Shown: positions 35,848 through 45,865, counted from the stretch's first letter. The stretch: DNA of 64,000 nt from Acidimicrobiales bacterium (GCA_035552095.1 DASZMA010000096.1:26883-90882), one strand, 5' to 3'. A program made the numbers and translations. Notes: generated from the sequence alone by a model not told the origin.

Positions 35848-37029
35848 CTAGGGGCGGAAGACGACCTTGATGGCGTGCGAGTTGGCGCGGTCGATGGCGG
35901 TCTCGATCGCTTCTCGATACTGCTCGAGCCCGAACTCATGCGTCACCACGACGTCGTCGGGCAGGAGGCCGGCGGCCAGCACATCGAGCGCGCGGTCCAC
36001 CGAGTGGCGGTCGGCGCCGCCGGCCAAGCCGGGCGCGGATCCGGCGTCGACGGTGTGGTCGATGGAGCCGACCAGCGCCGCCTCCTTGTACCAGATGGGG
36101 GTGAGGTCGACCTCGCTGATCCCGGCCGCCCCTAACAGGAGGACGGTGCCCCGGTGGGCCACCGCCCGGAGCGCCTCGGTGACCGACTGGGCGGCGCCGA
36201 CCGCCTCGACCACGTAGGGGTAGCCGCCCATGAGCATGACGTGCTTCTTGCGGCCGATCACCCGGGCCCCGACCAGGCCGGCCAGTTCTTCGAAGTGGCC
36301 GTTCAGGGGGTCGGAGACCACCACATGGTCGGCGCCGCAGGCGGTCGCCGCCGCGGCCTGGTGGTCGTGCCGGACCAGCACGGTTACCGGGCACCCCGGG
36401 AACAGTCCCTTCAGCGCGGCCAGGGTGGCCAAACCGATGATGCCGGCCCCGACGACCAGGACCGGGTCACCATCGTTGGGCGGGGCGCGCAGCAGGCCGT
36501 GGCAGGCGATCGAGACGGGCTCGTACAGGCTGGCGGCCCGGTCCGATACCGCGTCGGGAAGCGGGTGCAGCATGGAGGTGTGGGCCAGCACCTGCTCGCA
36601 CCAGCCACCGCCCAGGTCCTGGGTGAAGCCGAGCGTGCGGCCGCCGCTGACGATCCGGCTGTCCAGGTTGAGGCAGGACGACGTCCAGCCCCGGGCGCAG
36701 TTGGCGCAGGGGGGATTGATGCCCCGGGCGGCGCACGGGATGCACGGGTCGATGGCCACGCGCGTGCCCAGGGGGACGGGGCAATCGGGGCCGGCTTCGA
36801 TCACCCGGCCGGCCGTCTCGTGGCCCAGCACGAACGGGAAGGACCCCATGGAGATGAGGGTGGGGGAGGGCCCGGTGTTGTGGGCGAAGAGGTGGAGATC
36901 GCTGCCGCAGATCCCCCCGGTGCTGACCGCCACCCGGGCCCAGGCCGGGTCGGGTAGCTCCGGCTCGGGCAGATCGGTAAGCGAGGCCGGGAAGGCCGGG
37001 TCCACCATGTCGAACTGAACGGCGCGCAT
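35848..37029 (-). CDS. Zinc-dependent alcohol dehydrogenase (MDR superfamily)
   Basis: GICGSDLHLF zinc motif and Rossmann motif VVGAGIIGL. Confidence 0.85.
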   Translation of the reverse strand: MRAVQFDMVDPAFPASLTDLPEPELPDPAWARVAVSTGGICGSDLHLFAHNTGPSPTLISMGSFPFVLGHETAGRVIEAGPDCPVPLGTRVAIDPCIPCAARGINPPCANCARGWTSSCLNLDSRIVSGGRTLGFTQDLGGGWCEQVLAHTSMLHPLPDAVSDRAASLYEPVSIACHGLLRAPPNDGDPVLVVGAGIIGLATLAALKGLFPGCPVTVLVRHDHQAAAATACGADHVVVSDPLNGHFEELAGLVGARVIGRKKHVMLMGGYPYVVEAVGAAQSVTEALRAVAHRGTVLLLGAAGISEVDLTPIWYKEAALVGSIDHTVDAGSAPGLAGGADRHSVDRALDVLAAGLLPDDVVVTHEFGLEQYREAIETAIDRANSHAIKVVFRP

Positions 37030-37094
37030 CGGCGCAGCGTACGGGGTTTGGTCGCCGGCGACTGGGGGCGACGCCTGCCTTAGAGTGCGAAGCC

Positions 37095-37964
37095 GTGAGG
37101 GTGCCGGACGCCACGCTCGACGAGGTCTGCCAGCGGGGCTTCGCTCTGATGGAGGGGTTTCTCCATCCCGACGAGCTGAAGCTGGCGCAGGAGGCGCTAT
37201 GGCGCCACTTCCCGCGACCCGAGGAGTACTTCGCCGATCCGGATGCCCATGCCGATCTGGGCCGGAGTCAGTTCGCCGGAGTCGAGGAGTTTCCCTACCG
37301 GTCCTGGGACCTCAACCACCTGGCCGTGCACCCCGATCTGATCGACGCCGCCGAGCGCTACCTGGGCACCGTCGAGCTCCACCTCTACAAGGTGGAGCTA
37401 TGGGCCAAGTACGCCGGCGCCATCAATTACGACCAGCCCCTCCACCGGGACTACGGCAGCCACAGCCTGGTGGTGCCCCGGGACGACGGCGGTTACCAGC
37501 AACTCACCACGTTCATCTACCTCTCCGACGTCACCGCGGTGGACGGCCCGACCCGGATCGTCCCCTATGAGGACGGCAAGGAAGTCCCGTTCACCCCGCT
37601 GTACGTCCCCTTCGGAACCCTGGCCGACGCCGAGGTGCCCGCCCTGGGGCCGGCCGGGAGCCTGCTGGTGTACCGCACCGACATCCTGCACCGGGGGTCG
37701 GACTTCACCGCACCGCAGCGTTCCCGGTTCTCTCTGCTGGCCGACTACCAGGCCCGGGGCACGACCTGGGCCGGGAAGATGGCGTGGCCCAAGCAGTCAC
37801 CGGACCGCTGGGCCAGGTTCATGCCCCACTGCACCGTGCGCCAACGTGACGTCTTCGGGTTTCCCCGGCCGGGTGACCCCTACTGGAACGACCAGACGCG
37901 TGCCGACGTGGCGCTGCGCTACCCGGGAATGGACATGACGCCGTACCGGGATCAGACGCGATAG
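37095..37964 (+). CDS. Phytanoyl-CoA dioxygenase (PhyH)-family 2OG oxygenase
   Basis: HxD (PLHRDY) and a distal His (DILHRGSDF). The length and N-terminal pattern are typical of PhyH-like proteins. Confidence 0.6.
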   Translation: MRVPDATLDEVCQRGFALMEGFLHPDELKLAQEALWRHFPRPEEYFADPDAHADLGRSQFAGVEEFPYRSWDLNHLAVHPDLIDAAERYLGTVELHLYKVELWAKYAGAINYDQPLHRDYGSHSLVVPRDDGGYQQLTTFIYLSDVTAVDGPTRIVPYEDGKEVPFTPLYVPFGTLADAEVPALGPAGSLLVYRTDILHRGSDFTAPQRSRFSLLADYQARGTTWAGKMAWPKQSPDRWARFMPHCTVRQRDVFGFPRPGDPYWNDQTRADVALRYPGMDMTPYRDQTR

Positions 37965-39118
37965 AGCTTGGCCGCGTTCTCCCCCAGCACCTTGCGCTGC
38001 ACCGCCGGCGTGAGCGCCGACATCTTGTCGGCCACCGTTTCCAGGGGCTTGGGGTAGAGGCAGGTGGGGTGGGGGAAGTCGGTTTCGAAGAGGACATTGT
38101 CCTCGCCCACCGACGCGATGAGGGCCGGCACGTTGTTCTTCTCGAACCAGAAAGTGGCGAAGAGCTGACGCTTGAAGTACTCCGAGGGCAGCATGGAGAG
38201 CTGGTCCAGTTCCTTCGGGGCGTTCTCCGACATCTCGTAGTCGAGGGCCTCGAGGATGAAGGGGATCCACCCGACGCCGCTCTCCACCGAGACCATCTGC
38301 AGCGTCGGGTGGCGCTCCAACATCCCGCTCAGAATGATGTTGGTGACGACGCGGGCGTTGCCGATGAAGAGCAGGGTGCCACCGATGGCCAGTTTGGTGT
38401 CGTCGTTCTGTGACGCCCAAGGGTAGGTGCCGAAGTAGGTCATGGTGGTCAAGCTGGCCCCGATGTGGAAGTGCACCGGCAGGTGGAGGTCGGCGCAGAC
38501 ATCCCACAGCGGGTCCCATTCCAGGCTGGCCAGGTCGGGCGCGCCCAGATCCTGGGTGTCCGAGGTCAGGTTGATCCCGCGCAAGCCCAGGCCGGCCACC
38601 CGCTCCGCCTCGGTGACCGAAGCCGCCACGTCCCAGGCGGGCATGATCGGCATGGGCAGGAGCCGGTTGTTCGACTCCTCCTGGATCTGGGCGATGGCAT
38701 CGTTGTAGATCTGCACGCAGGCCAGCCGCAGCTCGGGGTCCTTGACCACATCGGAGAGGCCCTGGCCGCCCAAGCCGACCGAGTTCGGAAAGCAGACCTG
38801 GGCGTAAATGCCCGAATCGTCCATGACCTCAATGCGGGCTTTGGGGTCGAAGGCCCCGAGGTGGATCTTGTCCTGGGTCCACTCGTACAGCGCTTCGAGG
38901 GCCCGTCCCTTGTTGCCGTCGCGGTCTATGACGCCCCCGCCGCCGGCGAAGCCGAGCTCGGCCCCGTCCACGATCCACATCGGCCGGCCGTCGACGTCTT
39001 CCACGTGGGGCACCCGGTCGCGATACTTGGCCGGCGCCCGGGAGGTCCACAGGTCGTGGGCCTCGGTGAGATGCGTGTCCGCGTCAATCACCCGAAGGCC
39101 TTCAAGTGCCAGAGCCAA
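37952..39118 (-). CDS. Amidohydrolase_2 family metal-dependent hydrolase/decarboxylase (ACMSD-like)
   Basis: The N-terminal RVIDADTHLTE metal motif is followed by a TIM-barrel-length protein. The start is uncertain: TTG 39118 after GGGGAGGG, while the track ORF extends to 39205. Confidence 0.75.
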   Translation of the reverse strand: MALALEGLRVIDADTHLTEAHDLWTSRAPAKYRDRVPHVEDVDGRPMWIVDGAELGFAGGGGVIDRDGNKGRALEALYEWTQDKIHLGAFDPKARIEVMDDSGIYAQVCFPNSVGLGGQGLSDVVKDPELRLACVQIYNDAIAQIQEESNNRLLPMPIMPAWDVAASVTEAERVAGLGLRGINLTSDTQDLGAPDLASLEWDPLWDVCADLHLPVHFHIGASLTTMTYFGTYPWASQNDDTKLAIGGTLLFIGNARVVTNIILSGMLERHPTLQMVSVESGVGWIPFILEALDYEMSENAPKELDQLSMLPSEYFKRQLFATFWFEKNNVPALIASVGEDNVLFETDFPHPTCLYPKPLETVADKMSALTPAVQRKVLGENAAKLYRV

Positions 39119-39173
39119 TGTCCCTCCCCAGGTTTGGCGATTCCGAAATACCCTAGGGCCAAAGGGGGAACAC

Positions 39174-40028
39174 ATGCCTACTGAGCAGGTCAATGGTCTG
39201 GCCATCGCCTACGAGGTCATCGGGGTCGGTGACCCTTGGGTGATCACCCCGGGCGGACGCTTCAGCAAGGACGCGCCCGGCGTCCGCGAGCTGGCCGAGG
39301 CACTGGCCGCAACCGGCAAGGCGGTGCTCATCTGGGACCGGCCCAACACCGGGGCCTCGGAGGTCTCGTTCGACGGTGACTCGGAGTCCGCCCTGCAGGC
39401 CGATGTCCTGGCCGCCCTGCTGCAACAACTCGGCATGACCCCGGCGGTGATCACCGGCGGATCCGGGGGCTCGCGCGTTTCCCTGTTGGCGGCGGCCCGC
39501 CATCCCGAGGTGGCCCGCGCCCTGGCCGTCTGGTGGATCAGCGGTGGCCCCTACGGGCTCCTCACCTTGGGCACCCACTACTGCGGCGACTCCATCGCGG
39601 CCGCCTGGCGCTACGGGATGGACGCGGTGGCGGCCCTGCCGGAATGGGCCGAGGTGTTGGAGCGCAACCCGGACAACCGCGCCAAGCTGCTGGCCCAGGA
39701 GCCGCGGCAATTCATCGCCACCTTGGAGGAATGGATGCTGGTCTACTGCCCCCGGCCCGACGAGCTGGTGCCCGGCCTGCTTGACGCGCGGGCCCGAGCC
39801 ATGGACATTCCCGCCCTGGTCTTTCGCAGCGGGGAGAGTGACCCCCACCACACCCGGGCCACGTCGGAACGGCTGGCGGCGCTGCTGCCCCAGGCGAAGG
39901 TGGTCGAGCCGCCCTGGGGCGACCGGGAATGGACCGAGCGGACCGAGGCGGCCGGCGCCGGGGTGGGCATCTTCTCGCGCTGGCCCCTGCTGGCCCCCCA
40001 GCTGCTCGAGTGGGCGGGGGGTCTTTAG
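39174..40028 (+). CDS. Alpha/beta hydrolase
   Basis: Nucleophile elbow GGSGGS. 284 aa. ATG 39174. Confidence 0.7.
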   Translation: MPTEQVNGLAIAYEVIGVGDPWVITPGGRFSKDAPGVRELAEALAATGKAVLIWDRPNTGASEVSFDGDSESALQADVLAALLQQLGMTPAVITGGSGGSRVSLLAAARHPEVARALAVWWISGGPYGLLTLGTHYCGDSIAAAWRYGMDAVAALPEWAEVLERNPDNRAKLLAQEPRQFIATLEEWMLVYCPRPDELVPGLLDARARAMDIPALVFRSGESDPHHTRATSERLAALLPQAKVVEPPWGDREWTERTEAAGAGVGIFSRWPLLAPQLLEWAGGL

Positions 40029-41506
40029 CGGGTCTGGGGGAAGCCGAGATCGATGGCGCTGGTGGAGGGGTCGGGCCAGCGGGTGGTGACCACCTTGGGC
40101 CGGGTGTAGAAGCGGATGCCCTCGGGACCGTAGATGGCGCTGTCGCCGAAGAGCGATGACTTCCACCCCCCGAAGGAGTGGAAGCCCACGGGGACGGGGA
40201 TGGAGACGTTGACCCCGACCATGCCCACCGTCACGTCGAGCCCGAAACGGCGGGCGACGCCGCCGTCGCGGGTGAACACGGCCACGCCGTTGCCGTACGG
40301 GTTGGTGTTGACCAGGGCGACCGCCTCGTCATAGCTCTCCACCCGCACCACGCCGAGCACCGGGCCGAAAATCTCGTCGTCATAGACCTTCATCCCGGGC
40401 CGGACATGGTCGAGCAGGGTGCAGCCGAGGTAGAAGCCGGACGGCCAGTCGCCCCGCCCGTCCACCACCAGGGTCGCCCCCTCGCCCTCGGACCCCTCGA
40501 CGTAGGAGAGGACGCGCGCTAAGTGCTCCGCCGTGACGAGCGGTCCCATCTGCGAGGAGGGATCCGTGCCCGGACCGACGGTTACCGACGGGATGCGAGC
40601 GGCGATGGCGGCGACCAGAGGTTCGGCGATGGACCCCACCGCCACCACCACCGAGATGGCCATGCAGCGCTCACCGGCCGAGCCGTAACCGGCCGAGATA
40701 GCGGCGTCGGCGGCGGCGTCGACGTCGGCGTCGGGTAGGACGACCATATGGTTCTTGGCCCCGCCGAGCGCCTGCACCCGCTTGCCGTGTCTGGTCCCCG
40801 TCTCGTAAATGTGGCGGGCGATCGGCGTGCTCCCCACGAAGGAGACCGCCGCCACGTCGGGATGGGCCAGGAGCGTGTCGACCGCCTCGCGGTCACCCTG
40901 CACGACGTTGAACACGCCATCGGGAACGCCAGCTTGCTGCACCAGCTCAGCCAGGAGCAGTGACGGCGAGGGGTCCTTCTCCGAGGGCTTGAGGATGAAG
41001 GCGTTCCCACAGGCGATGGCGTTGGCCAGCATCCACAGGGGCACCATGACCGGGAAGTTGAACGGAGTGATCCCGGCCACCACACCGAGTGGCTGGAGCA
41101 CCGTGTGCACGTCCACCCCCGACGACACCTCGGTGGAGTGAGAACCCTTCAGGAGGTGGGGGATGGCGCAGGCAAACTCGACGTTCTCCACCCCGCGGGC
41201 CACCTCACCGGCGGCGTCGCTCAGCACCTTGCCGTGCTCGGCCGTGATCAGGGCGGCCAGCTCACCGCGGTGCCGGTCGAGCAGTTCGCGGAAACGGAAC
41301 AGGGCGGCGGCCCGGGCACTCAAGGAACTGGCCGACCATTCGACAGCGGCCCGGGTGGCGACGGCGACCACGTCGGCCACTTCGTCGGCGGAGGCCAGCG
41401 CCACCGAGGCCGTCTGCTCGCCCCGGGCCGGGTCGTAGACGGGGCCGTGGCGCCCCGAAGTCCCGACGGTCGCCTTGCCGTCGATCCAGTGTCCGATCGT
41501 GTCCAT
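40025..41506 (-). CDS. mmsA: CoA-acylating methylmalonate-semialdehyde dehydrogenase
   Basis: N-terminus MDTIGHWIDGK and catalytic Cys context GERCMAIS. 493 aa aldehyde dehydrogenase. Start at ATG 41506. Confidence 0.85.
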   Translation of the reverse strand: MDTIGHWIDGKATVGTSGRHGPVYDPARGEQTASVALASADEVADVVAVATRAAVEWSASSLSARAAALFRFRELLDRHRGELAALITAEHGKVLSDAAGEVARGVENVEFACAIPHLLKGSHSTEVSSGVDVHTVLQPLGVVAGITPFNFPVMVPLWMLANAIACGNAFILKPSEKDPSPSLLLAELVQQAGVPDGVFNVVQGDREAVDTLLAHPDVAAVSFVGSTPIARHIYETGTRHGKRVQALGGAKNHMVVLPDADVDAAADAAISAGYGSAGERCMAISVVVAVGSIAEPLVAAIAARIPSVTVGPGTDPSSQMGPLVTAEHLARVLSYVEGSEGEGATLVVDGRGDWPSGFYLGCTLLDHVRPGMKVYDDEIFGPVLGVVRVESYDEAVALVNTNPYGNGVAVFTRDGGVARRFGLDVTVGMVGVNVSIPVPVGFHSFGGWKSSLFGDSAIYGPEGIRFYTRPKVVTTRWPDPSTSAIDLGFPQTR

Positions 41507-41679
41507 GGCGCGATCCTGCCACCAGGTTGACGGAACGGTCAGTCCGGGCGGACCGAGGGCAAGCCGGGTCGGGCCTATCCTGATCCGGGCACAGGAAGGC
41601 AAGGGCTCCGATGGGTGTGGCGACAAGGGGCGACCGGGGGCGGGCGGCGCAGGCCCGACGAAGCTGCGGTGCCGTGGCG

Positions 41680-43527
41680 ATGAGCCTGATGGTCCTGGCC
41701 CTCGTGCTGTCAGCCTGCAGCAGCAGCCCGGTCAGTCCGTCGGCGACGCTCAACCAGTACCTGGCGGACTGGTCACACGATGACTACCGCGCCATGGCAG
41801 CGCTGGTCTCCCATCCGCCCAAGGACTTCGTCGCCCTGAACCGCCGAGTGGCCGGCGATCTCGACCTCGGGCGCGCCGCCTATCAGGTGAACGCGGTCAC
41901 CAGCACCGGGTCGCGCGCCACGGCGTCGCTCACCAGTCACTTGACGCTGGGGTCCTTCGGCCCCTGGGTCGTCCATACCCGTCTCCAACTGGTGGAGAGC
42001 GCCGGAATCTGGCGGGTGGCATGGACGCCCCGTTCGATCATCGCTCAGCTGGGACCGGGCGACACCGTGGCGACCACGGTGACCTGGCCGGCGCGGGCGG
42101 CCATCCTCGGTGCCGGCGGGGCCGCCCTGACCACGGATGCCCCCATGGTGTCGGTGGGGGTGGAGGGATCCCGGGTGACCGACGCGTCAGCGCTCACCGC
42201 CGCCCTCATGCAGGCGGGTGCGACGGCCAACCAGGTGAGCGCGGCGCTGACCACGGCCAAGGCGCACCCCACCTGGTTCGTGCCCGTACTCCAGGTGACC
42301 CAGGCCGCCTACACGCTGCTGAAGCCGATCATCTACCCCGTTCCGGGCACCGTGTTCAACACGTTCTCGGCCCGGACGCCCGTGACGGCGGGACTGTCGG
42401 CCCACATCGTCGGCACGCTCGGTCCCATCACGGCTCAGGAGTTGAAGTCCCTGGGCTCCCCGTATCAAGGCACGGACACGATCGGGCAGACCGGTATCGA
42501 AGGGGCCTACGAGCGCCAGTTGGCCGGCCAACCGGGCGGAAGCATTGCCATCACCAGTGCCTCCGGCGCCGCAGTGGCCACGGTGGCCACCTTCAATGCC
42601 CACCCGGGGACGCCCGTGCAGACCACCATTGACCCGACCGTGCAGCAGGCGGCCGAATCTGCGCTGGCCGGCGTCACCAATCCGGCCGCCCTGGTGGCCG
42701 TGCAGGCCTCAACCGGCTCGGTCCTGGCCTCGGTCAGCCTGCCCGGAAACCAGGCGGTCGACAACGCGCTGGTCGGTGCTTACCCCCCGGGGTCCACTTT
42801 CAAAGTGATCACGGCGGCCGACCTGATTGAGCACGGGCTGTCGCCGTCGAGCCCCGCCACCTGCCCGCCGACGATCACGGTCGACGGGGAGAGCTTCCAC
42901 AACTTTGAAGGTGAGGCCCAATCCTCGCTCAGCCTGCAGCAGGCCTTCGCCGCCTCCTGCAACACGGCCTTCATCGGCATGTCGAATGCCCTGGCCAACC
43001 CGAGTTTCACCACCACGGCGGCGCAATTCGGCATCGGGGCCAAGGTCCAACTCGGGCTCGACGCCTTCGGCGGCAAGGTCCCGGCGCCCACTTCTGACGC
43101 CGAGCGGGCCGCTACCGCCATCGGGCAGGCGCAGGTGCTCGTCTCCCCGCTCGACCTGGCCAATGTGGCGGCGTCGGTCGACAGCGGCAGCCTGCGCTCG
43201 CCCCGACTGGTCACCGGGTCGGCTGACGACAGCGTCCCGGCCCAGTCGCTCGACCCCACGGTCGTCTCGGACCTGCGCACCATGATGACGGCGGTGGTCG
43301 ACAGCCCGAGCGGCACCGCGGCCAACGCCGGCCTCCCGCCGGGCACCCTGGGCAAGACCGGGACGGCCGAGTTCGGGACGGCCAACCCACCCCAGACCGA
43401 CGCCTGGTTCATCGGGTACCGAGGGGACCTGGCCTTTGCCGTGCTGGTGGTCGGCGGGGGCGTCGGCGGTGCGGTGGCCGCCCCGATCGCCGCCAAGTTC
43501 CTCCAGGCGGCCGGGGTGATTCCGTAG
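41680..43527 (+). CDS. Penicillin-binding protein (class B-like transpeptidase with NTF2/MecA_N-like N-domain), lipoprotein
   Basis: Lipobox LVLSAC. Motifs SxxK (STFK), SxN (SCN) and KTG (KTGTAEF). An alternative upstream start is at 41611. Confidence 0.85.
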   Translation: MSLMVLALVLSACSSSPVSPSATLNQYLADWSHDDYRAMAALVSHPPKDFVALNRRVAGDLDLGRAAYQVNAVTSTGSRATASLTSHLTLGSFGPWVVHTRLQLVESAGIWRVAWTPRSIIAQLGPGDTVATTVTWPARAAILGAGGAALTTDAPMVSVGVEGSRVTDASALTAALMQAGATANQVSAALTTAKAHPTWFVPVLQVTQAAYTLLKPIIYPVPGTVFNTFSARTPVTAGLSAHIVGTLGPITAQELKSLGSPYQGTDTIGQTGIEGAYERQLAGQPGGSIAITSASGAAVATVATFNAHPGTPVQTTIDPTVQQAAESALAGVTNPAALVAVQASTGSVLASVSLPGNQAVDNALVGAYPPGSTFKVITAADLIEHGLSPSSPATCPPTITVDGESFHNFEGEAQSSLSLQQAFAASCNTAFIGMSNALANPSFTTTAAQFGIGAKVQLGLDAFGGKVPAPTSDAERAATAIGQAQVLVSPLDLANVAASVDSGSLRSPRLVTGSADDSVPAQSLDPTVVSDLRTMMTAVVDSPSGTAANAGLPPGTLGKTGTAEFGTANPPQTDAWFIGYRGDLAFAVLVVGGGVGGAVAAPIAAKFLQAAGVIP

Positions 43528-43561
43528 CAACCAGCGCATCAGAAATCTGTCGCCTGGAGGG

Positions 43562-44617
43562 TTACTGCTGTTGGACCAGATGATCCACGAAGGCCATCTT
43601 TCGAATCACCGGTGCGGCCAGCACGAAGGGGTAGAGATCCTCGTGTCCCATGGATCGACCGATCTGGTTGAGCGCGTACGTGAGCTCCATCCAGTGGTTT
43701 ATGACATCGCCAAAGGTTGTGCTGCCATCTGGTCTCGTCGGGTGAGCGCCGGTGCGCTCAGCGGAGCCGGGTGATCCCTCTCGGCTCAATGTTCGCAGGC
43801 CGAAGCTTTCGGCCGTCTGCAGCGTGTCGAGGATGTGCAGATAGTGGGCGAAGGTCTCGGCCCAGTCCTCATAGGGGTGCATGGAGGCGTAGCGGCTGAT
43901 GTGTTCCCGCTTCCAGCTCTCATCGTCGTCATCCGAGTTCTGGTAGTGAAGCTCGACGGCCTTGGAGTAGTCCTCACGGTCGTCACCAAAGAGGGCGCGG
44001 CAGGCGTCGATCTGATCACGGCGATGGACGAGGATGGGCCAGTAATAGTGGCCGATTTCATGGCGAAAATGTCCGAGGAGCGTGCGGTAGGGCTCGCTGA
44101 GCTGCAGTCTGAGGTGCTCCCGGTGCTCCGGCTCGGCTTCGGCCAGGTCGAGGGTGATGATGCCGTTGCCATGGCCGGTGACGACCTTGCGTGACGCACT
44201 GGAAAGCAGGTCGAACGCCAATCCGGTGCTCGTGGCCTCGTCCCGACGGGTCACCGGCAACCTGAGCTCAGCCAGTTGGAAGATGAGCCGGCGCTTCGCC
44301 ATTTCGCCGCTCAGGAGCTGCTGGGTACCGTCAGCGTCCGTATCGGCCGGTCTGGTGCGGGTCAGTGCGCACGATTCGCACATGGCGTTGCTGCCCGCGG
44401 GCACCAACCAGTTACACCCGTTGAGCTCGGAGGTGGCGCAGCGTTGCCACGTACGGACCGGATGACCGAGGTCGATGAAGCGGTCGTCCCCGACCTCGTT
44501 GAGGGCGATGATCTGCCGACGGTCGTGGATGTACCCCAATGGTGAATCGCAGCGGAGGCATTGACTGTTGTCGAAGAAGACGAGCTGGCCGCAACTGTCG
44601 CAGGTGAAGACCCTCAT
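43562..44617 (-). CDS. Zinc-ribbon plus putative zinc metallopeptidase domain protein
   Basis: N-terminal CDSCG...CLRC and C..C..C zinc-ribbon pairs. HExxH (HEIGHYY) in the C-terminal half. 351 aa. Confidence 0.7.
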   Translation of the reverse strand: MRVFTCDSCGQLVFFDNSQCLRCDSPLGYIHDRRQIIALNEVGDDRFIDLGHPVRTWQRCATSELNGCNWLVPAGSNAMCESCALTRTRPADTDADGTQQLLSGEMAKRRLIFQLAELRLPVTRRDEATSTGLAFDLLSSASRKVVTGHGNGIITLDLAEAEPEHREHLRLQLSEPYRTLLGHFRHEIGHYYWPILVHRRDQIDACRALFGDDREDYSKAVELHYQNSDDDDESWKREHISRYASMHPYEDWAETFAHYLHILDTLQTAESFGLRTLSREGSPGSAERTGAHPTRPDGSTTFGDVINHWMELTYALNQIGRSMGHEDLYPFVLAAPVIRKMAFVDHLVQQQ

Positions 44618-44730
44618 GGGATGGTCGGGTGGGGCAGGTCACGGATCACCCGCTACCCCTACCCGGCCCGGACCGGGTCAAACTCGGATGGTACGGGGTG
44701 GCGATGTCGCCGGAGGCCAGCCTCGTCAAT

Positions 44731-44925
44731 TCAAGCGGTTGGCGGGCGCCCGCGTCTGGGCAGGGGCTGCGCTCTTTTCGGCATTCGCCCGGCGTCGTCG
44801 AGGGCCCGGCGCAACAGCATTTCGATGTGGGCGTTAAGGCTACGGAACTCGTCAGCCGCCCACTGCGCCAACGCATCGTGGACCGCGGGATCAATCCGGA
44901 GCAGTACCTGCTTGCGCTCACTCAA
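44731..44925 (-). CDS. Small Arc/ribbon-helix-helix-like DNA-binding protein
   Basis: 64 aa. The pattern KQVLLRIDPAVHDALAQWAADEFRSLNAHIEMLLRRAL is beta-strand then two helices, typical of RHH/Arc. It starts 5 bp after the SPFH stop. Confidence 0.5.
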   Translation of the reverse strand: MSERKQVLLRIDPAVHDALAQWAADEFRSLNAHIEMLLRRALDDAGRMPKRAQPLPRRGRPPTA

Positions 44926-44929
44926 CGGA

Positions 44930-45847
44930 TCAGGAGTAGAGCGTCCCGGTGTTGACGACCGGTGAAGCGGGCTGGTCTCCGCAGAGCACGACCATCAGGT
45001 TGCTCACCATGGCCGCCTTTCGCTCTTCGTCAAGGTCGACAATGCCTCGCTCGCTCAGCCGGGCCAGCGCCATCTCGACCATCCCCACCGCGCCGTCGAC
45101 AATCCGCGAGCGAGCAGCGACAACGGCGTTGGCCTGCTGCCGGCGCAGCATGGCCTGGGCGATCTCCGGTGCGTAGGCCAGGTGGCTTATGCGGACCTCG
45201 ACGATCTCCACCCCGGCGATGGCCACCCGCTCAGCCATCTCCTCGGCGAGCTCACCGGCGACGATGTCAGTCGAGCCTCGCAGCGAGAGGCCGCTATCGG
45301 TGGGGTCGTCGTAGGGGCGCGTGGTGGCCACGTGCCGCAGCGCGGATTCGGCCTGGACCCGCACGAAGTTGAGGTAGTCATCGACGGCGTAAAGCGCACG
45401 TGCCGTGTCGGCAACCTGCCAGACGACAATGGAGGCGATCTCCACCGGATTGCCGTCGGCATCGTTGACCTTCAGGTGGTTCGTTTCGAAGTTCCTGACC
45501 CGAATGCTCACGTTCCGGCGATCGGTGAGGGGCAGAATCCAGTACAAGCCGGTCCGACGCACGGTGCCGACATAGCTTCCGAAGAACCGGATGACCCGGG
45601 TCTGCCCGGGCGGCACGATGACCAGCGAAGCCAGGATGACCACGGCAAGCACGATCGGCACGACGGCGATGACCGCCACTGAACTCTGGCTGATGAAGAT
45701 GGCGGCCGCAATGCAGGCGGCGACGACAAGGACGCCGAGCCAGCCATTGATGGACCAGGCTGGTCGCTCCTGGATCCGGACCCGGGTTCCCGAAGGACCG
45801 ACCGGAGTTGCCTCGGGGTCGCGGTACGGCTGGATGGTCTGGCTCAT
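44930..45847 (-). CDS. SPFH/Band 7 (stomatin/prohibitin-like) membrane protein
   Basis: Two N-terminal TM segments, then an SPFH core (VRFFGSYVGTVRRTGLYWILP...NVSIRVRNFET) and a coiled C-terminal region. Confidence 0.85.
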   Translation of the reverse strand: MSQTIQPYRDPEATPVGPSGTRVRIQERPAWSINGWLGVLVVAACIAAAIFISQSSVAVIAVVPIVLAVVILASLVIVPPGQTRVIRFFGSYVGTVRRTGLYWILPLTDRRNVSIRVRNFETNHLKVNDADGNPVEIASIVVWQVADTARALYAVDDYLNFVRVQAESALRHVATTRPYDDPTDSGLSLRGSTDIVAGELAEEMAERVAIAGVEIVEVRISHLAYAPEIAQAMLRRQQANAVVAARSRIVDGAVGMVEMALARLSERGIVDLDEERKAAMVSNLMVVLCGDQPASPVVNTGTLYS

Positions 45848-45851
45848 GGCC

Positions 45852-45865
45852 CCTCCTTGGGGAGG
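45852..45865 (-). promoter_or_regulatory. Hairpin CCUCC-CCAA-GGAGG that pairs the SPFH Shine-Dalgarno with an upstream anti-SD
   Basis: The minus-strand mRNA reads UCAGUCCUCCCCAAGGAGGGGCCAUG. The 5-bp stem includes the only SD-like element. Confidence 0.3.

Noticed and set aside
43528-43561. Second possible ssrA-like att remnant (GAAATCTGTCGCCTGGAGG versus GAAATCTGGTGGAGG) after the PBP gene.
   Set aside because: The alignment needs a 5-nt indel, and the shared part lies mostly outside the tmRNA. It is compatible with chance.
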